Shown here in pieces: positions 28,729 to 39,321 of a stretch of DNA of 64,000 nucleotides. Numbering within the stretch: the first letter of the stretch is position 1; every line of letters starts with the position of its first letter. Source of the DNA: an uncultured Bryocella sp. (GTDB lineage: Bacteria; Acidobacteriota; Terriglobia; Terriglobales; Acidobacteriaceae); contig CAXTBJ010000009.1 of the NCBI GenBank assembly GCA_964242585.1, forward strand, positions 8,991 through 72,990, given 5' to 3'. Position numbers and translations under genes: made by a program. The notes beneath the pieces were generated by a model. It saw only the letters and a program-made list of their open reading frames with translations. It searched no databases and had not been told where the DNA came from.

Positions 28729-30537
28729 CTAGACCGTAAGCCCAATCAGTCGCATCAGCTCCAGCCCGTTGCTTCGTGTGATGATGCCATCGCGCAGGGT
28801 GTAGTCGAATTGGAGTCCCTCGCCCTCGATCCGGTCCTCGAAGTGGGCGTTGCGCACGGCCTGTTGCAACTCGGTTCCGAGTTGCGTCAAGGCCAGGTCG
28901 TGCGTGCTGAGGAGGCCGATCGCGCCTGCTCGCAGCAGGGTTTCGACGACGCCCGTCGCGCCCGCGAGCCGGTCGTGCGAGTTGGTGCCGGCCAGCAGCT
29001 CGTCCAGTAGAAACAGGACCGGAGGCCGCGTGCGGGCCAGGTCGCAGACCGCACGCAGCCGCAGGATCTCCGCATAAAAACGCGAGCGCCCCCCTTGCAG
29101 GGAGTCCTGTACCTGGATGCTTGCCGCCACCTGCAGCGGACCCAGACGCAGCCGGCCGGCGCGGACCGGCGCGCCGGCCATGGCCATCACGCAGGCGACG
29201 CCGGTGGCGCGCAGCAGGGTGCTCTTGCCGCTCATGTTGGAGCCGCTGACGATCAGCAGCCTCGTCGCCCGGTCCAGGGCAAGGTCATTGCGGATACAGC
29301 GATCCCCTGGCAGCAGCGGATGGCCCAGCGCCTGGGCGGCGAAGAGGGGTTCGCCGCTCAGTTCGGGAAACGTGTCTTCGGGGTGCTCGAAGTGATAGGC
29401 CGAAAGCGCCAACAGGGCTTCCAGATCGCCGAATGCCCCAAACCAGGAACGCAGCTGCGCGCCGTGTTCCCGGTGCCACTGCGCCACGAGCCATGCGAGC
29501 TGCACGGAGTAGAGCAGGCTGAAGTCCAGCAGACGGGTGAAAAAATTGGCGCGCTGCTCCGCGGCGCCGGCGCGGCGCGCCAACCGCTGTATAGCTTGGG
29601 AAGCGGTCCTTCCACCGACCGAAAAGCAGGCCTGCGCGGTGCGCAGCCGCTCGGCGGTGAAACTTTCAGATTCCATCACAGCGAAGAGGCCGGCCAGCGC
29701 GCGTAGCGGCCGTGCAGCCTGTTCCGTCTGCTCGAACAACGGCTTTAGGCGGCGGCCAAGAGAGAAGGTAATCGTCCCGTTCACCAGCAGCGCGGCGGAG
29801 AGCCACACCGGCGAGTGCCCCAAAGCCCAGCGCACGGCGGCCGCGACCGTGAGGGCAGCGAGCACGGGCGCAAGCCAGCGAAGGAAGGGGGGGACGGCGG
29901 CGAGTGGGGCCTCACCCCAGCGCGCAAGGGCATCCGCGTCGAAACGGGGCACTGGACGGTTGAGGCCGGCGAGGGTTTCGCGCAGGGTCACGCGGTCGCG
30001 GAGGTCGGCGACGGCGGCCTGCCGTGCCCGCACCTCGTCGGCCGGGGCGGCTTGCAGCAGCCAGGCGGCCAGCGTGTCCTCGCCGAGCCCGGTGCGGGTG
30101 GTGCACAGCAGCTCAAACAGGCTCCCCGGGCCGAACAGGTCGAGATCGGCCGCGTACAGGCTGCCTCCGGTGTCGATAGCCGATATCCGGGGGTGCAGGC
30201 CTTGCCAACGGTCTTCGATCCTCGCCAGGCCATGCTCGTACCAGGCGACCCCACGCCGGCACCGTGCGGTTGCGGCCAATACCCGCGCATGCAGCCTGGC
30301 CGTGATGCCGAAGCCGACGCAGGGCACAAGCAGCCAGGGCGGGCGTAGCGCGTGACGGCTAAAAATGTACCAGGCCAGCACAGCCGCCGCGAGAACCCAG
30401 AGCAGCCGCAGGTAGCCGAGCAGAACGTGCCTTCGCTCGAGCCGGGCGGCCTCATGCCGGCAACGGTGGAGCCGCTGCCGGTAGATCATTGCGGGAAGGG
30501 CACCGGCTTGCGCGGGATGGTACGGAGACTCGGGCAT
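28729..30537 (-). CDS. Membrane-anchored MutS-related ATPase (MutS domain V; no mismatch-binding domain)
   Basis: LGHPLL, SGSNMSGKST, SRFYAE, LFLLDE, STHD; N-terminal and central TM pairs; start could be 30591. Confidence 0.88.
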   Translation of the reverse strand: MPESPYHPAQAGALPAMIYRQRLHRCRHEAARLERRHVLLGYLRLLWVLAAAVLAWYIFSRHALRPPWLLVPCVGFGITARLHARVLAATARCRRGVAWYEHGLARIEDRWQGLHPRISAIDTGGSLYAADLDLFGPGSLFELLCTTRTGLGEDTLAAWLLQAAPADEVRARQAAVADLRDRVTLRETLAGLNRPVPRFDADALARWGEAPLAAVPPFLRWLAPVLAALTVAAAVRWALGHSPVWLSAALLVNGTITFSLGRRLKPLFEQTEQAARPLRALAGLFAVMESESFTAERLRTAQACFSVGGRTASQAIQRLARRAGAAEQRANFFTRLLDFSLLYSVQLAWLVAQWHREHGAQLRSWFGAFGDLEALLALSAYHFEHPEDTFPELSGEPLFAAQALGHPLLPGDRCIRNDLALDRATRLLIVSGSNMSGKSTLLRATGVACVMAMAGAPVRAGRLRLGPLQVAASIQVQDSLQGGRSRFYAEILRLRAVCDLARTRPPVLFLLDELLAGTNSHDRLAGATGVVETLLRAGAIGLLSTHDLALTQLGTELQQAVRNAHFEDRIEGEGLQFDYTLRDGIITRSNGLELMRLIGLTV

Positions 30538-30607
30538 AGTTACTTTCGTGCGAAATCCTGGCGCGGAAAGCGCTTCCGCCCCGCTGGTCATAGGCTATCC
30601 TGAAGCC

Positions 30608-31999
30608 ATGCCCGCCACAGCAGAACCCCGTCCCGCCAACGCCGCTCCTTCCGCGAACGAGCCGACCGAGGCCGCGTCTGCTCCGTTCGAGTCGTGGGGC
30701 CGGTATCCATCCTACGACGCAGAGGTGCGCAACCTTCACTGGCAGGGCGACTACCCGGAGATGATCCGGGGTGTGCACCATGGGGCACTGCCCGTGGGGC
30801 TGGGCCGCAGCTACGGCGACGTCTGCCTGCTGAAGGACGGCACCCTGCTGAAGACGACGGGGATGAACCGCCTACTGGCCTTCGATCCCGAAACGGGGCT
30901 GCTGACCGCGGAAGCCGGCATCAGTCTGGCGCAGATCCTGGATTTTGCCGTTCCGCACGGGTACTTTCTGCCCGTCACCCCGGGGACGAAGTATGTGACC
31001 CTTGGCGGCGCCATCGCCAACGATATTCACGGCAAAAATCACCACATCGCCGGCACCTTTGGCTGCCATGTCACCCAGTTTGAGCTCGTTCGCTCCGACG
31101 GCACGCGGATTCACTGCTCGCCGACCGAGAATCCGGACCTGTTTTCGGCCACGATCGGCGGCATGGGGCTGACCGGCGTCATCACCTGGGCGCAGCTGCG
31201 TATGAAGCCGATCGTGAGCCGCAAGATCGACTACCAGGGCATCCAGTATCACGGCATCGACGAGTTTCTCGATCTGACCGAGCAGTCGCAGCACATCGAA
31301 TACACCGTCAGCTGGGTGGATGTGACCTCCACCGGTAAGAACTTCTGCCGCGGCATCTTCATGCAGGGCGATCACTCCCAGATACCCGCCGAACTCAAGA
31401 CCTCCTCCGAACCCAAGCTGGTCTTTCCGGTCGATCTGCCGCCCTTTGCGCTGAACAGCACCACGGTGGGCCTGTTCAATCAGGCCTTTTTTCATAAGCA
31501 GATCAAAAGCCGCGTCACGGCCCTGCAGGACTATGAGCCGTTCTTTTACCCGCTGGATGCCGTGCTGAAATGGAACCGCATGTACGGCAAGGAAGGCCTG
31601 CTGCAGTTCCAGTACGCCATTCCGTGGGAAAACGCGCGGCAGGGTACGGTGGCTATCCTGCGCGAGGTCGCCAAATCCGGTCTGGCCAGCTTTCTGGCGG
31701 TGCTGAAGGTCTTCGGCGATGTGCCTTCGCCCGGCATGATGAGCTTTCCCAAGCCCGGCATCACGCTGGCGCTCGACTTCCCGATCCGCCCGGAGAAGAG
31801 CTTCGCGCTCTTTGACCGGCTCGCCGACATGACGCTCGAGTTTGGCGGCCGGCTCTACCCCGCAAAAGATGCCCGCATGACGGCCGCGCAGTACCAGGTC
31901 TTTTATCCACAGTGGGAGCGGTTTGCCCGCTACAAGGACCCGGCCATCACCTCGAGCTTCTGGGAGCGGGTTGTGGGCGAGAAGGGGATGCGGCGGTGA
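30608..31999 (+). CDS. FAD-linked oxidoreductase, DprE1-like (decaprenylphosphoryl-ribose 2'-oxidase family)
   Basis: GLGRSYGD, PVTPGT.YVTLGGAIANDIHGKNHH, FFYPLD, LALDFP, GGRLYPAKD. Confidence 0.88.
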   Translation: MPATAEPRPANAAPSANEPTEAASAPFESWGRYPSYDAEVRNLHWQGDYPEMIRGVHHGALPVGLGRSYGDVCLLKDGTLLKTTGMNRLLAFDPETGLLTAEAGISLAQILDFAVPHGYFLPVTPGTKYVTLGGAIANDIHGKNHHIAGTFGCHVTQFELVRSDGTRIHCSPTENPDLFSATIGGMGLTGVITWAQLRMKPIVSRKIDYQGIQYHGIDEFLDLTEQSQHIEYTVSWVDVTSTGKNFCRGIFMQGDHSQIPAELKTSSEPKLVFPVDLPPFALNSTTVGLFNQAFFHKQIKSRVTALQDYEPFFYPLDAVLKWNRMYGKEGLLQFQYAIPWENARQGTVAILREVAKSGLASFLAVLKVFGDVPSPGMMSFPKPGITLALDFPIRPEKSFALFDRLADMTLEFGGRLYPAKDARMTAAQYQVFYPQWERFARYKDPAITSSFWERVVGEKGMRR

Positions 32000-32856
32000 G
32001 CACGGTCATTCATCCGAACCGTCCCGGCCCCCCTTCCAGCATGACCGCCAGCTCGCCCGATCCGCGGCCGGTGGCCCAGACGCGCCTACCCTACCGGGGC
32101 GATACCGCGCCCAAGCGCATTCTGGTGCTGGGTGCCACCTCGGGCATCGCGGAGGCCAGTATTCGCCTCTGGGCCACTCGCGGGGAAAGCCTGTTCCTGG
32201 TGGCGCGCAATGCGGACCGTCTTGCCGCGGTGGCCGCCGATGCCCGTACCCGGGGCGCGACCTTGATCGAAACCGCGGTCGCGGACCTGGACAACACGGG
32301 AATGCATCCGGAGCTGCTGGCGCACGCCATCAACGCGCTCGGCGGGCTTGATGTGGCCTACCTGGCGCTGGGTGTTTTGGGGGATCAGACCCGCGCCGAG
32401 CGGCAGTTCGCGGACGCGGCTCAAATCCTGCACACCAATTTCATGGCTCCCGCCAGTCTGCTCACCTGGCTGGCAAATTACTGTGCGCAGCGCCACGCGG
32501 GCACGCTCGCGGTGCTCAGTTCCGTGGCCGGCGACCGCGGACGCAAGTCCAACTATGTCTATGGCTCTTCCAAAGCCGGGCTGACCGCTTTCGTCGATGG
32601 GCTGCGCAACAGGATCGACCGCGAAGGCGTTCGCGTGCTCACCATCAAGCCCGGCCCGGTCAAGACCTCCATGACCGAGGGTATGAAGGGGCAGGCCAAG
32701 TTCGCCGACGTCAATAAGGTCGCGGCCACGATCGTCAAAGCCATCGACCGCGGCCGCAAGGGCCCGGACATTCTCTATGTCCCGGGCATCTGGCGCATTC
32801 TGATGACTGCCGTCCGCGCCATTCCCGAGTGGAAGTTCAAGTCGATGGATCTGTAG
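31996..32856 (+). CDS. SDR oxidoreductase, DprE2-like
   Basis: LGATSGIA, SSVAGDRGRKSNYVYGSSKAG, KPGPV; overlaps the DprE1-like stop codon. Confidence 0.85.
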   Translation: MSTVIHPNRPGPPSSMTASSPDPRPVAQTRLPYRGDTAPKRILVLGATSGIAEASIRLWATRGESLFLVARNADRLAAVAADARTRGATLIETAVADLDNTGMHPELLAHAINALGGLDVAYLALGVLGDQTRAERQFADAAQILHTNFMAPASLLTWLANYCAQRHAGTLAVLSSVAGDRGRKSNYVYGSSKAGLTAFVDGLRNRIDREGVRVLTIKPGPVKTSMTEGMKGQAKFADVNKVAATIVKAIDRGRKGPDILYVPGIWRILMTAVRAIPEWKFKSMDL

Positions 32857-33143
32857 GCAAGGCTGCGGCTCAAGGGCTGACAGATTGCCTCTGCTTTGCA
32901 TTCTTGCGGGAACGTCGGGTCTTGACGGGTTATGGATTCATGGAACGTACCTTCGGATAGATATAAGATTCAGTTGCCATGAGCGAATTGCACGCGTTGA
33001 AGTAGCGTTGTATGCAGGCTGAAGGTCCGTGTCGATTTGGCTTAGACTTTGGCATTACGATTGCAGATTGCTCGGATACAAACCCAGTTTTGCATTTCAA
33101 GATACCAAGAGACACTGGGAATCCATTTATCCGAGGAAGCTCA

Positions 33144-36100
33144 ATGGTGAAATTTACAAGGGGGCCTCTGCTGTGGCTCCCTCTCGCGGTCGCCACGGTG
33201 TCTGTTGTCTTGCCGGGTCTACACGCCCAGGGCATCATTACAGGCACGATCTCCGGAACCATCACAGACAGCAGCGGCGCGGTGGTTACGCAGGCGCCGG
33301 TAAACGCTAAAAATACCGCAACGGGTCTTATCCTGAGCGGCAAGACGGACGATCATGGCGACGTGCAGCTGAAAGACGCGCCGATCGGCATCTACTCGAT
33401 CACAATCAGCAGTCCGAACTTCGCGCCTCTCGTGCTGGACGGCATTGTGGTGAACGCGAATATCGCGACGAGCTTCGGCACACAGAAGCTTTCGGTCAAT
33501 ACCTCGGAAACCGTTGAGGTTCAGACGGCCAACGGTCTGTTGGAGACGCAACAGTCTCAGGTTACGACGAGCTTTACCCAGCAGGAGATCACGGATCTGC
33601 CGACCGGCGGCGGGCTTGACCGCCTAGCCCTCTTGGTACCCGGCATTGTACGTACGCTCGGCGATAACTTTTCCAACAGCAACGGCGTCGGCTTTTCGGC
33701 TAACGGGCAGCGCGGCCGTTCGAACAATTTCGAACTCGACGGCCAGGCCAATAATGATAATTCGGTCGCCGGCCCTCAGCTCTTCTTTCGTAATGAGGAC
33801 GCGGTACAGCAAATTCAGATCATCTCCAACACTTTCAGCGCCCAATACGGACGCAATGCCGGATCGGTGGTCAACTACATCACCAAGAGCGGCACCAACA
33901 CCCTTCATGGAACAGGATTTTTAATTGGGATGGATCTTGGGGCAGCTCTCTGACCCAGGGCCAAAAAGGTGAGGAGTTCGGGTACTGTCTGCCCGGTCAA
34001 ACCGTCATCCTAGGTACGACATCGCCCTGTATCAATATCCCGAAGCCACGGTATGTAGCCAATGAATGGGGTGGCACCCTCGGTGCCCCGATTCTGAAGG
34101 ACAAGCTGTTCGGGTTTGGGAGCACGCTGTTCCGTAGCATCGTGAACGGTGCGTCGCCCTCGATCTCCAGCACGTTGACGCCGACACCGACGGGCCTGCA
34201 GCAATTGAATGCCGCTTTTCCCGGCAATCCGTATGTTCAGTCGCTTATCAATCAAGGCCCCTACTCGGTGACTTCCGGGAATCCCACGCCGATCGCGCCA
34301 TCCAACATAACGGTATGCGCCTTGGCCGTGACGACCTGCCCGGCCGGCTCTCCAAGCGTTCAGTTCGCAACGGTTCAACGCAATTTGGTGAGCACCTCGG
34401 CAGATCAGGAAGATCTTGGACGTCTGGATTATCAGGCAACGCAGAAGGATCGTTTTTACCTGCGCTACCTCTACCAGAATGCGCCGACGTTCGTTTCCGG
34501 CGGAACGATTTCGACAGGGACCTATTACAACACCTTCGATACCGCACATTCCGTCGGTGCCGATTGGACACACACCTTTGGACCGCGCTGGTTGAATCAG
34601 ATTCGATACGGCTTTCAGCAGACCAAGCTGACCTTTGGCGGCGGCGCGTACCCAACCTGCACCACCACAAACCTCGCCAGCTGCCCTTCCAACGTTGCCG
34701 TCACCTCATACGCCACCTATGGTCCTGCCACCAACATTCCACAAGGTCGCATTGTGAAGGCGACGCAGGTGCAAGACAATGCGAACTGGGCTTTGGGCCG
34801 TCACGCCATCACCTTCGGCGGCGAGTTCGACTATCAAAACTCACCCAACACCTTCCTGCCCAACACCAGCGGTTCGTTCAACTTCACAAACAACAACTAT
34901 GCTCTTGCCGGCAACGGAACGCTGACCCTCGCCAACGGCAATCCGCTGATTCCTTTCACTGAGCCGGATTATGCGCTGTACTTTCAGGATGACTGGAAGG
35001 TTACCCCGTCCCTGACGGTGAACCTGGGGCTACGCTGGGAGCTTTTCACGCAGAGCATCAATCTAATTCACAACGAGACGGTTGCGCGGCAGACGGGGAG
35101 CAACCCGCTTTGGAACACAACCCTTCCGCTCAGCCAGACCACATTCCCGCTGATTCCACAAAACTACAAAAACTTCCAGCCCCGTCTGGGCTTTGCCTAC
35201 AATCCACAATCGATGCCGGCGCTTGTTTTTCGTGGCGGTTATGCGATTAACTTCGATCCCGCGTTCTACAACCTGTTCCTGAATGTGTATTCAAGCGCCC
35301 CGGTGACGAACTCGGGAGCCATCGCTTGTAACGGCACCACAGTGAGCTGCCTGCCTACCTCCGGCACGACCAATGCGACCGTCAACGCTCAAGATGGACA
35401 GTACAACCCGACCGGCATCGATCCCGGGACCAAGATCCAGACGAATGTCGGCATTCCGTTCACGAATCCCTACGCGCAAAACTATAACCTCGGTGTTCAG
35501 TACCAGACGGGCCGCTTTGCCGTTGTAGAGGTGAAGTATGTGGGCAATCACTCGCTGAAGAACTTCCAGTCTTTAAACAGCAACCCCGATGTAGCATTGG
35601 CTCCACCGGCGGGCAACGTGCCCGTGACCCAGGGGTACCGTACGCTGGCACAGGCCTTCCCCGGCTCGTTCCCGGCCGGGAGTTACTGCGGAACCACCAC
35701 CGCAGACGGCTTCGGGCGACTTAACTGCAACCTGAGTATTGAAACCACGCGAGCGAACACCGCTTTCAGCATCTACAACTCGCTGCAAACCAGCGTGACC
35801 ATGCATGAACTGCACGGTTTGTCTGGAACGGCCACGTACACTTATAGCCGTACGGTTGATAACGCCAGCGAGGCCTACAGTTCTGGTACCGGCGGGCAAG
35901 CTATCTCCGTGCCGCAAAACCCATTCGATACCAATGTGGCGGAGCGCGGTGTAAGCGGACAATCCTACCCAAACGTCGCCTCGATCGGTTTGGTTTACAA
36001 ACTGCCCATCTTCGGGACGCAAAGGGGTTTTCTGGGTCGCCTTCTGGGCGGATATTCGACGAACCTCATCTGGACCTACAACAGCGGTCAACCGTTTACG

Positions 36101-36718
36101 CCTGAGCAGCCCTACAAGGCGTCGCCGAACACAGCGGCTCTCGCAAAGATTCCTACGGCGAATCAAGGTCAGGCGCTGTACAGCTTCTGCGATTACTACT
36201 ACAACGTCAATGTCGTCGGGGTGGACACATGCCGTCCGATTCTGTCTAACCCGAGCGCTCCGCTTGGCTCGGCGGGCATCAACGGGGGTCCGGGTGTCGG
36301 CTACCTCAACTACGCGACAGGCGCCTCCATCAACCCGAATCAGGTGCAGTGGCTTTTTGACAACCAGTATGAAGCTGAGGCTCGTGGGACACCGTTCCCC
36401 GGCGTCAGCAGAAATACCCTGCGCGGCAACACGGTAAATAACCTGGATATGAGCTTATTCAAGACGATCCGGATTAAAGAGGGTGTCTCCGCACAGCTGA
36501 GATTAAACGCATATGACCTTCCCAATCGGGCCTACTACGGAACGCCCGATATCAATCTCAACGATGCGAACCCGGCTGTGCACACCTCCAACGTCAATAA
36601 CCAGCAGCAGTACTATGCGTCCTTCTTGAACTACCTGGCCAACACCGGCGGCTCTGTCAGCGCCCCCTTTGGCCGCGGTACTCGCAACATTCAGGTAGGC
36701 GCGAAGGTGTTTTTCTAA
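33144..36718 (+). pseudogene. TonB-dependent receptor (Oar-like, CarboxypepD_reg N-terminus) with a -1 frameshift at 33918-33923
   Basis: ORF 33144-33953 (GTITDSSGAVV, NGQRGRSNNFELDG, YGRNAG) continues in the -1 frame NWDGSWG...NEWGGTLGAPILKDKLF into the 34142-36718 barrel (QDDWKV, NFQPRLGFAY, C-terminal F). Could be a sequencing error. Confidence 0.85.
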
Positions 36719-36732
36719 ACTACCGACCACGG

Positions 36733-36769
36733 CACAGGACTAGCCCAGAGAGATTTGGGCCGTCCTGTG
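36733..36769. terminator. Hairpin between convergent receptor and transglutaminase genes
   Basis: CACAGGAC..GCCC...GGGC.GTCCTGTG. Confidence 0.55.
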
Positions 36770-36788
36770 TGAACGGTTCGTTCGTGTA

Positions 36789-37784
36789 TTACTGCTGCTG
36801 CGCCTGTTGTTGCTGGCGGCGTGGGGGTGGGGGTTGTTCGGGGAGGGCTTGGGCCTTCTCGATGAGGATGGACCAGTCCTCCGGGATGGGGAGCTCGCGG
36901 TCCAGCGACGGGGTGCCTGCGCTGGGGGTGACGCGGACGGCCACCGTCAGCTCGCTTTTGGTGCGGCCACGGAAGATGCCGTGCGTGGGCGGGACGTCGG
37001 CGTAGTCGCGGCCGATGGCGGTGCGTACGTGGCGTTCGCCGGTGAGGAGGTTGTTGGTGGGGTCGAAACCTACCCAGCCGAGTTCGGGCAGAAAGGCCTC
37101 GATCCAGGCGTGCGTGGCGGTGTCGTCGGAGCGGTCGCTGGGTTGGCCGGGGCCCTCTTCGGCATGATGCAGATAGCCGCTGACGTAGCGGCAGGGAATC
37201 CCCAACTCCGAGCGCACGAGCGTCGTCATGATATGGGCGAAGTCCTGGCAGACACCGGCGCGCGCGGTGAGAGCCTGGTCGATAGGCGAGTCGGCACGCG
37301 TGGCGTTCGGCTTGTAGGCGAAGTAGTCGTAGATCTGCCGGCTGAGTGTGCGCAGAACGCTCAATGGGTCCTCGCGGCGGCGTACATCGAACGTTGCGGC
37401 GAGCGACTTCAGCGCGGGCGTAGGGGTGGCGAAGGCACTGGGCAGCAGCATCTCCCAGAAGTCGCCGGCGTGCACCGCACGATCAAGCTCGGCCCAGGCC
37501 GAGGGCGCGAGGGCGTCCGGCAAGGGGGGCTGCAGCTGCACCTCGACGAGGGCTTCGGCGACGATCACCAACTGCCCGTGGCCGCCGGGGATGTCGAAGT
37601 GGTGCACGTGATTGGCGAGGTGGTCGCGGTAGCTGAAGACGCGGCAACGCGGCGTAACCGAAAGCTGAAAGGTGAGGCAGCGCTGGTTGGCATCGGAGCG
37701 CGGATGCATGCGCGTCTCCATGATGCTTTCCGAAACCGTCTTCTCGTAACGAAACTTCGTGAGGTGCCGAATGGCGTAATACAT
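36789..37784 (-). CDS. Transglutaminase-like protein (Bact_transglu_N + core)
   Basis: Y.IRHLT.F.Y N-terminus; GVCQDFAH, RYVSGY, HAW, GFDPTN, GRDYADV. Confidence 0.93.
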   Translation of the reverse strand: MYYAIRHLTKFRYEKTVSESIMETRMHPRSDANQRCLTFQLSVTPRCRVFSYRDHLANHVHHFDIPGGHGQLVIVAEALVEVQLQPPLPDALAPSAWAELDRAVHAGDFWEMLLPSAFATPTPALKSLAATFDVRRREDPLSVLRTLSRQIYDYFAYKPNATRADSPIDQALTARAGVCQDFAHIMTTLVRSELGIPCRYVSGYLHHAEEGPGQPSDRSDDTATHAWIEAFLPELGWVGFDPTNNLLTGERHVRTAIGRDYADVPPTHGIFRGRTKSELTVAVRVTPSAGTPSLDRELPIPEDWSILIEKAQALPEQPPPPRRQQQQAQQQ

Positions 37785-37871
37785 GGTCTGTCCCTCGGTT
37801 TAGAGCAAATCCCCGGCTATGCAGGGAACAAATCGTAGAGTCCCCATGGAGAATGACAGAAAAGCTGGGGC

Positions 37872-38870
37872 TCATCCCGCCAGAGCCGTCTGAATGGAGT
37901 AGTCCACATAGAGCTGGTAGATGCTTTCGTGGATGGCCTGGCACTGTCTCTGAATGGAGCCCAGGTATGCGGCGATGTCGCCATTCAGCAGCTCGTCGAT
38001 GCCGGAAAAGCTGAGCTGTGCACTCAACCGGCCGGCGATGCGATGGAGCTGTTCGCTTTGGGGCTTTTGCCCCTTGAGGCCGCTTTTGGAGTGAATCTTG
38101 CCCAAGGCGCACTCGACCGCCTCGATAGAAAAACGCAGTGAATGCGGGAACTCGGGGTCGAGCAGCAAAAATTCGAGGATGCGCTCCGGGGTGAGGTCGG
38201 CGGTGTAGACCTTGCAGTAGGCCTCAAACGCCGTTGCGCTGCGCAGGAGCCCCATCCATTCCAGATACTGATTGCTCTCGCCGGCGCGCTCGGGTTGCGC
38301 CCACAGATCGTCCTGGTAGGCCTCCAGCAGCTTGGCGGTGGCGCTGGCGCGCTCCAGAAAGCGGCCCACCTGGATGAATTGCCAGCCTTCGCCGTGGCTC
38401 ATGGTGGAATCAGTGACGCCCTGGAACTGGTGGATGGCTTCAAGCACCTGCCCGAGAAAGGCCGAGGGCGCCTCACTGGAGGCTTGCGGCGATTCCACCT
38501 GCATGACACGGCGATGTTCAGGCCGCGTTACCTCAAGATAGAGCGAGTTCAGGCGCTGCCACTGCTCGGTGGAGATTTGTTCGCGCACATGGCGAGAGTT
38601 TTCCCGTGCCCCCACGATGCACGACAGCACGGAGGCCTTCAACTCCTTATCGAAGGTCAGCGTGCCGGCGAGCGCGTAGGGGTTGCCCTCCCATTTGGCG
38701 CGGCTCGGCTTGCCGAGCGCGCGGAGCAGGCGCGGCCAGCGGTGGTCGGCGCTGGAGGCGCTCTCATCCAGCATGAGATTCAGGTTCACGTCGAGCAGCC
38801 GTGTGGTGTGCTCGGCGCGCTCAAGGTAGCGCGACATCCAGTAGAGCGAATCGGCGACGCGGGAGAGCAT
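37872..38870 (-). CDS. Alpha-E domain protein (DUF403)
   Basis: MLSRVADSLYWMSRYLERAE, GRFLERA, FPHSL; GGAGG SD. Confidence 0.93.
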   Translation of the reverse strand: MLSRVADSLYWMSRYLERAEHTTRLLDVNLNLMLDESASSADHRWPRLLRALGKPSRAKWEGNPYALAGTLTFDKELKASVLSCIVGARENSRHVREQISTEQWQRLNSLYLEVTRPEHRRVMQVESPQASSEAPSAFLGQVLEAIHQFQGVTDSTMSHGEGWQFIQVGRFLERASATAKLLEAYQDDLWAQPERAGESNQYLEWMGLLRSATAFEAYCKVYTADLTPERILEFLLLDPEFPHSLRFSIEAVECALGKIHSKSGLKGQKPQSEQLHRIAGRLSAQLSFSGIDELLNGDIAAYLGSIQRQCQAIHESIYQLYVDYSIQTALAG

Positions 38871-39000
38871 GTGAACCTCCGATGAAAAGGGCAAGTTGCT
38901 CCCAATCTACACGCAGGCGGGCTCAGGGCGTAAAGGGCGGCACTCGCCGTAGGCGTACGGAACATTCTTGGAAGCGGGCACGCTGACAATACCGGGCTGA

Positions 39001-39075
39001 AATACAAGGATCTGCAATACAAGGATCTGGAATACAAGGATCTGGAATACAAGGATCTGGAATACAAGGATCTGC
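39001..39075. repeat. Five 15-bp tandem repeats
   Basis: AATACAAGGATCTG(G/C) x5 with no spacers. Confidence 0.95.
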
Positions 39076-39321
39076 CCTGTTTGCCGTATCCCAGCGGTGG
39101 GCAAAGGAGCTGCGCTTGGGCGGGTTTGGGCGAGTTTGCACACAATTCGGAGCATCCTACCGACATACGTGCATTTTCCGTGCCATGGAAGCCATTCTCT
39201 ACATCTTACAAATCAGGGCAACGGGTGTGTCCTAGAGCGTTTATAACCCGTGCCGGATGATACGAAGACCGACGATCCGATGAAATTCGGATGAGATTTC
39301 GCCAGCGTTTCTGGATCACTT

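Noticed and set aside
32857-33143. Cobalamin or TPP riboswitch upstream of the TonB receptor
   Set aside because: No B12-box or TPP core motif recognisable; only a lower-GC promoter region
39001-39075. CRISPR array
   Set aside because: Units are 15 bp and directly adjacent with no unique spacers; no cas genes in the window
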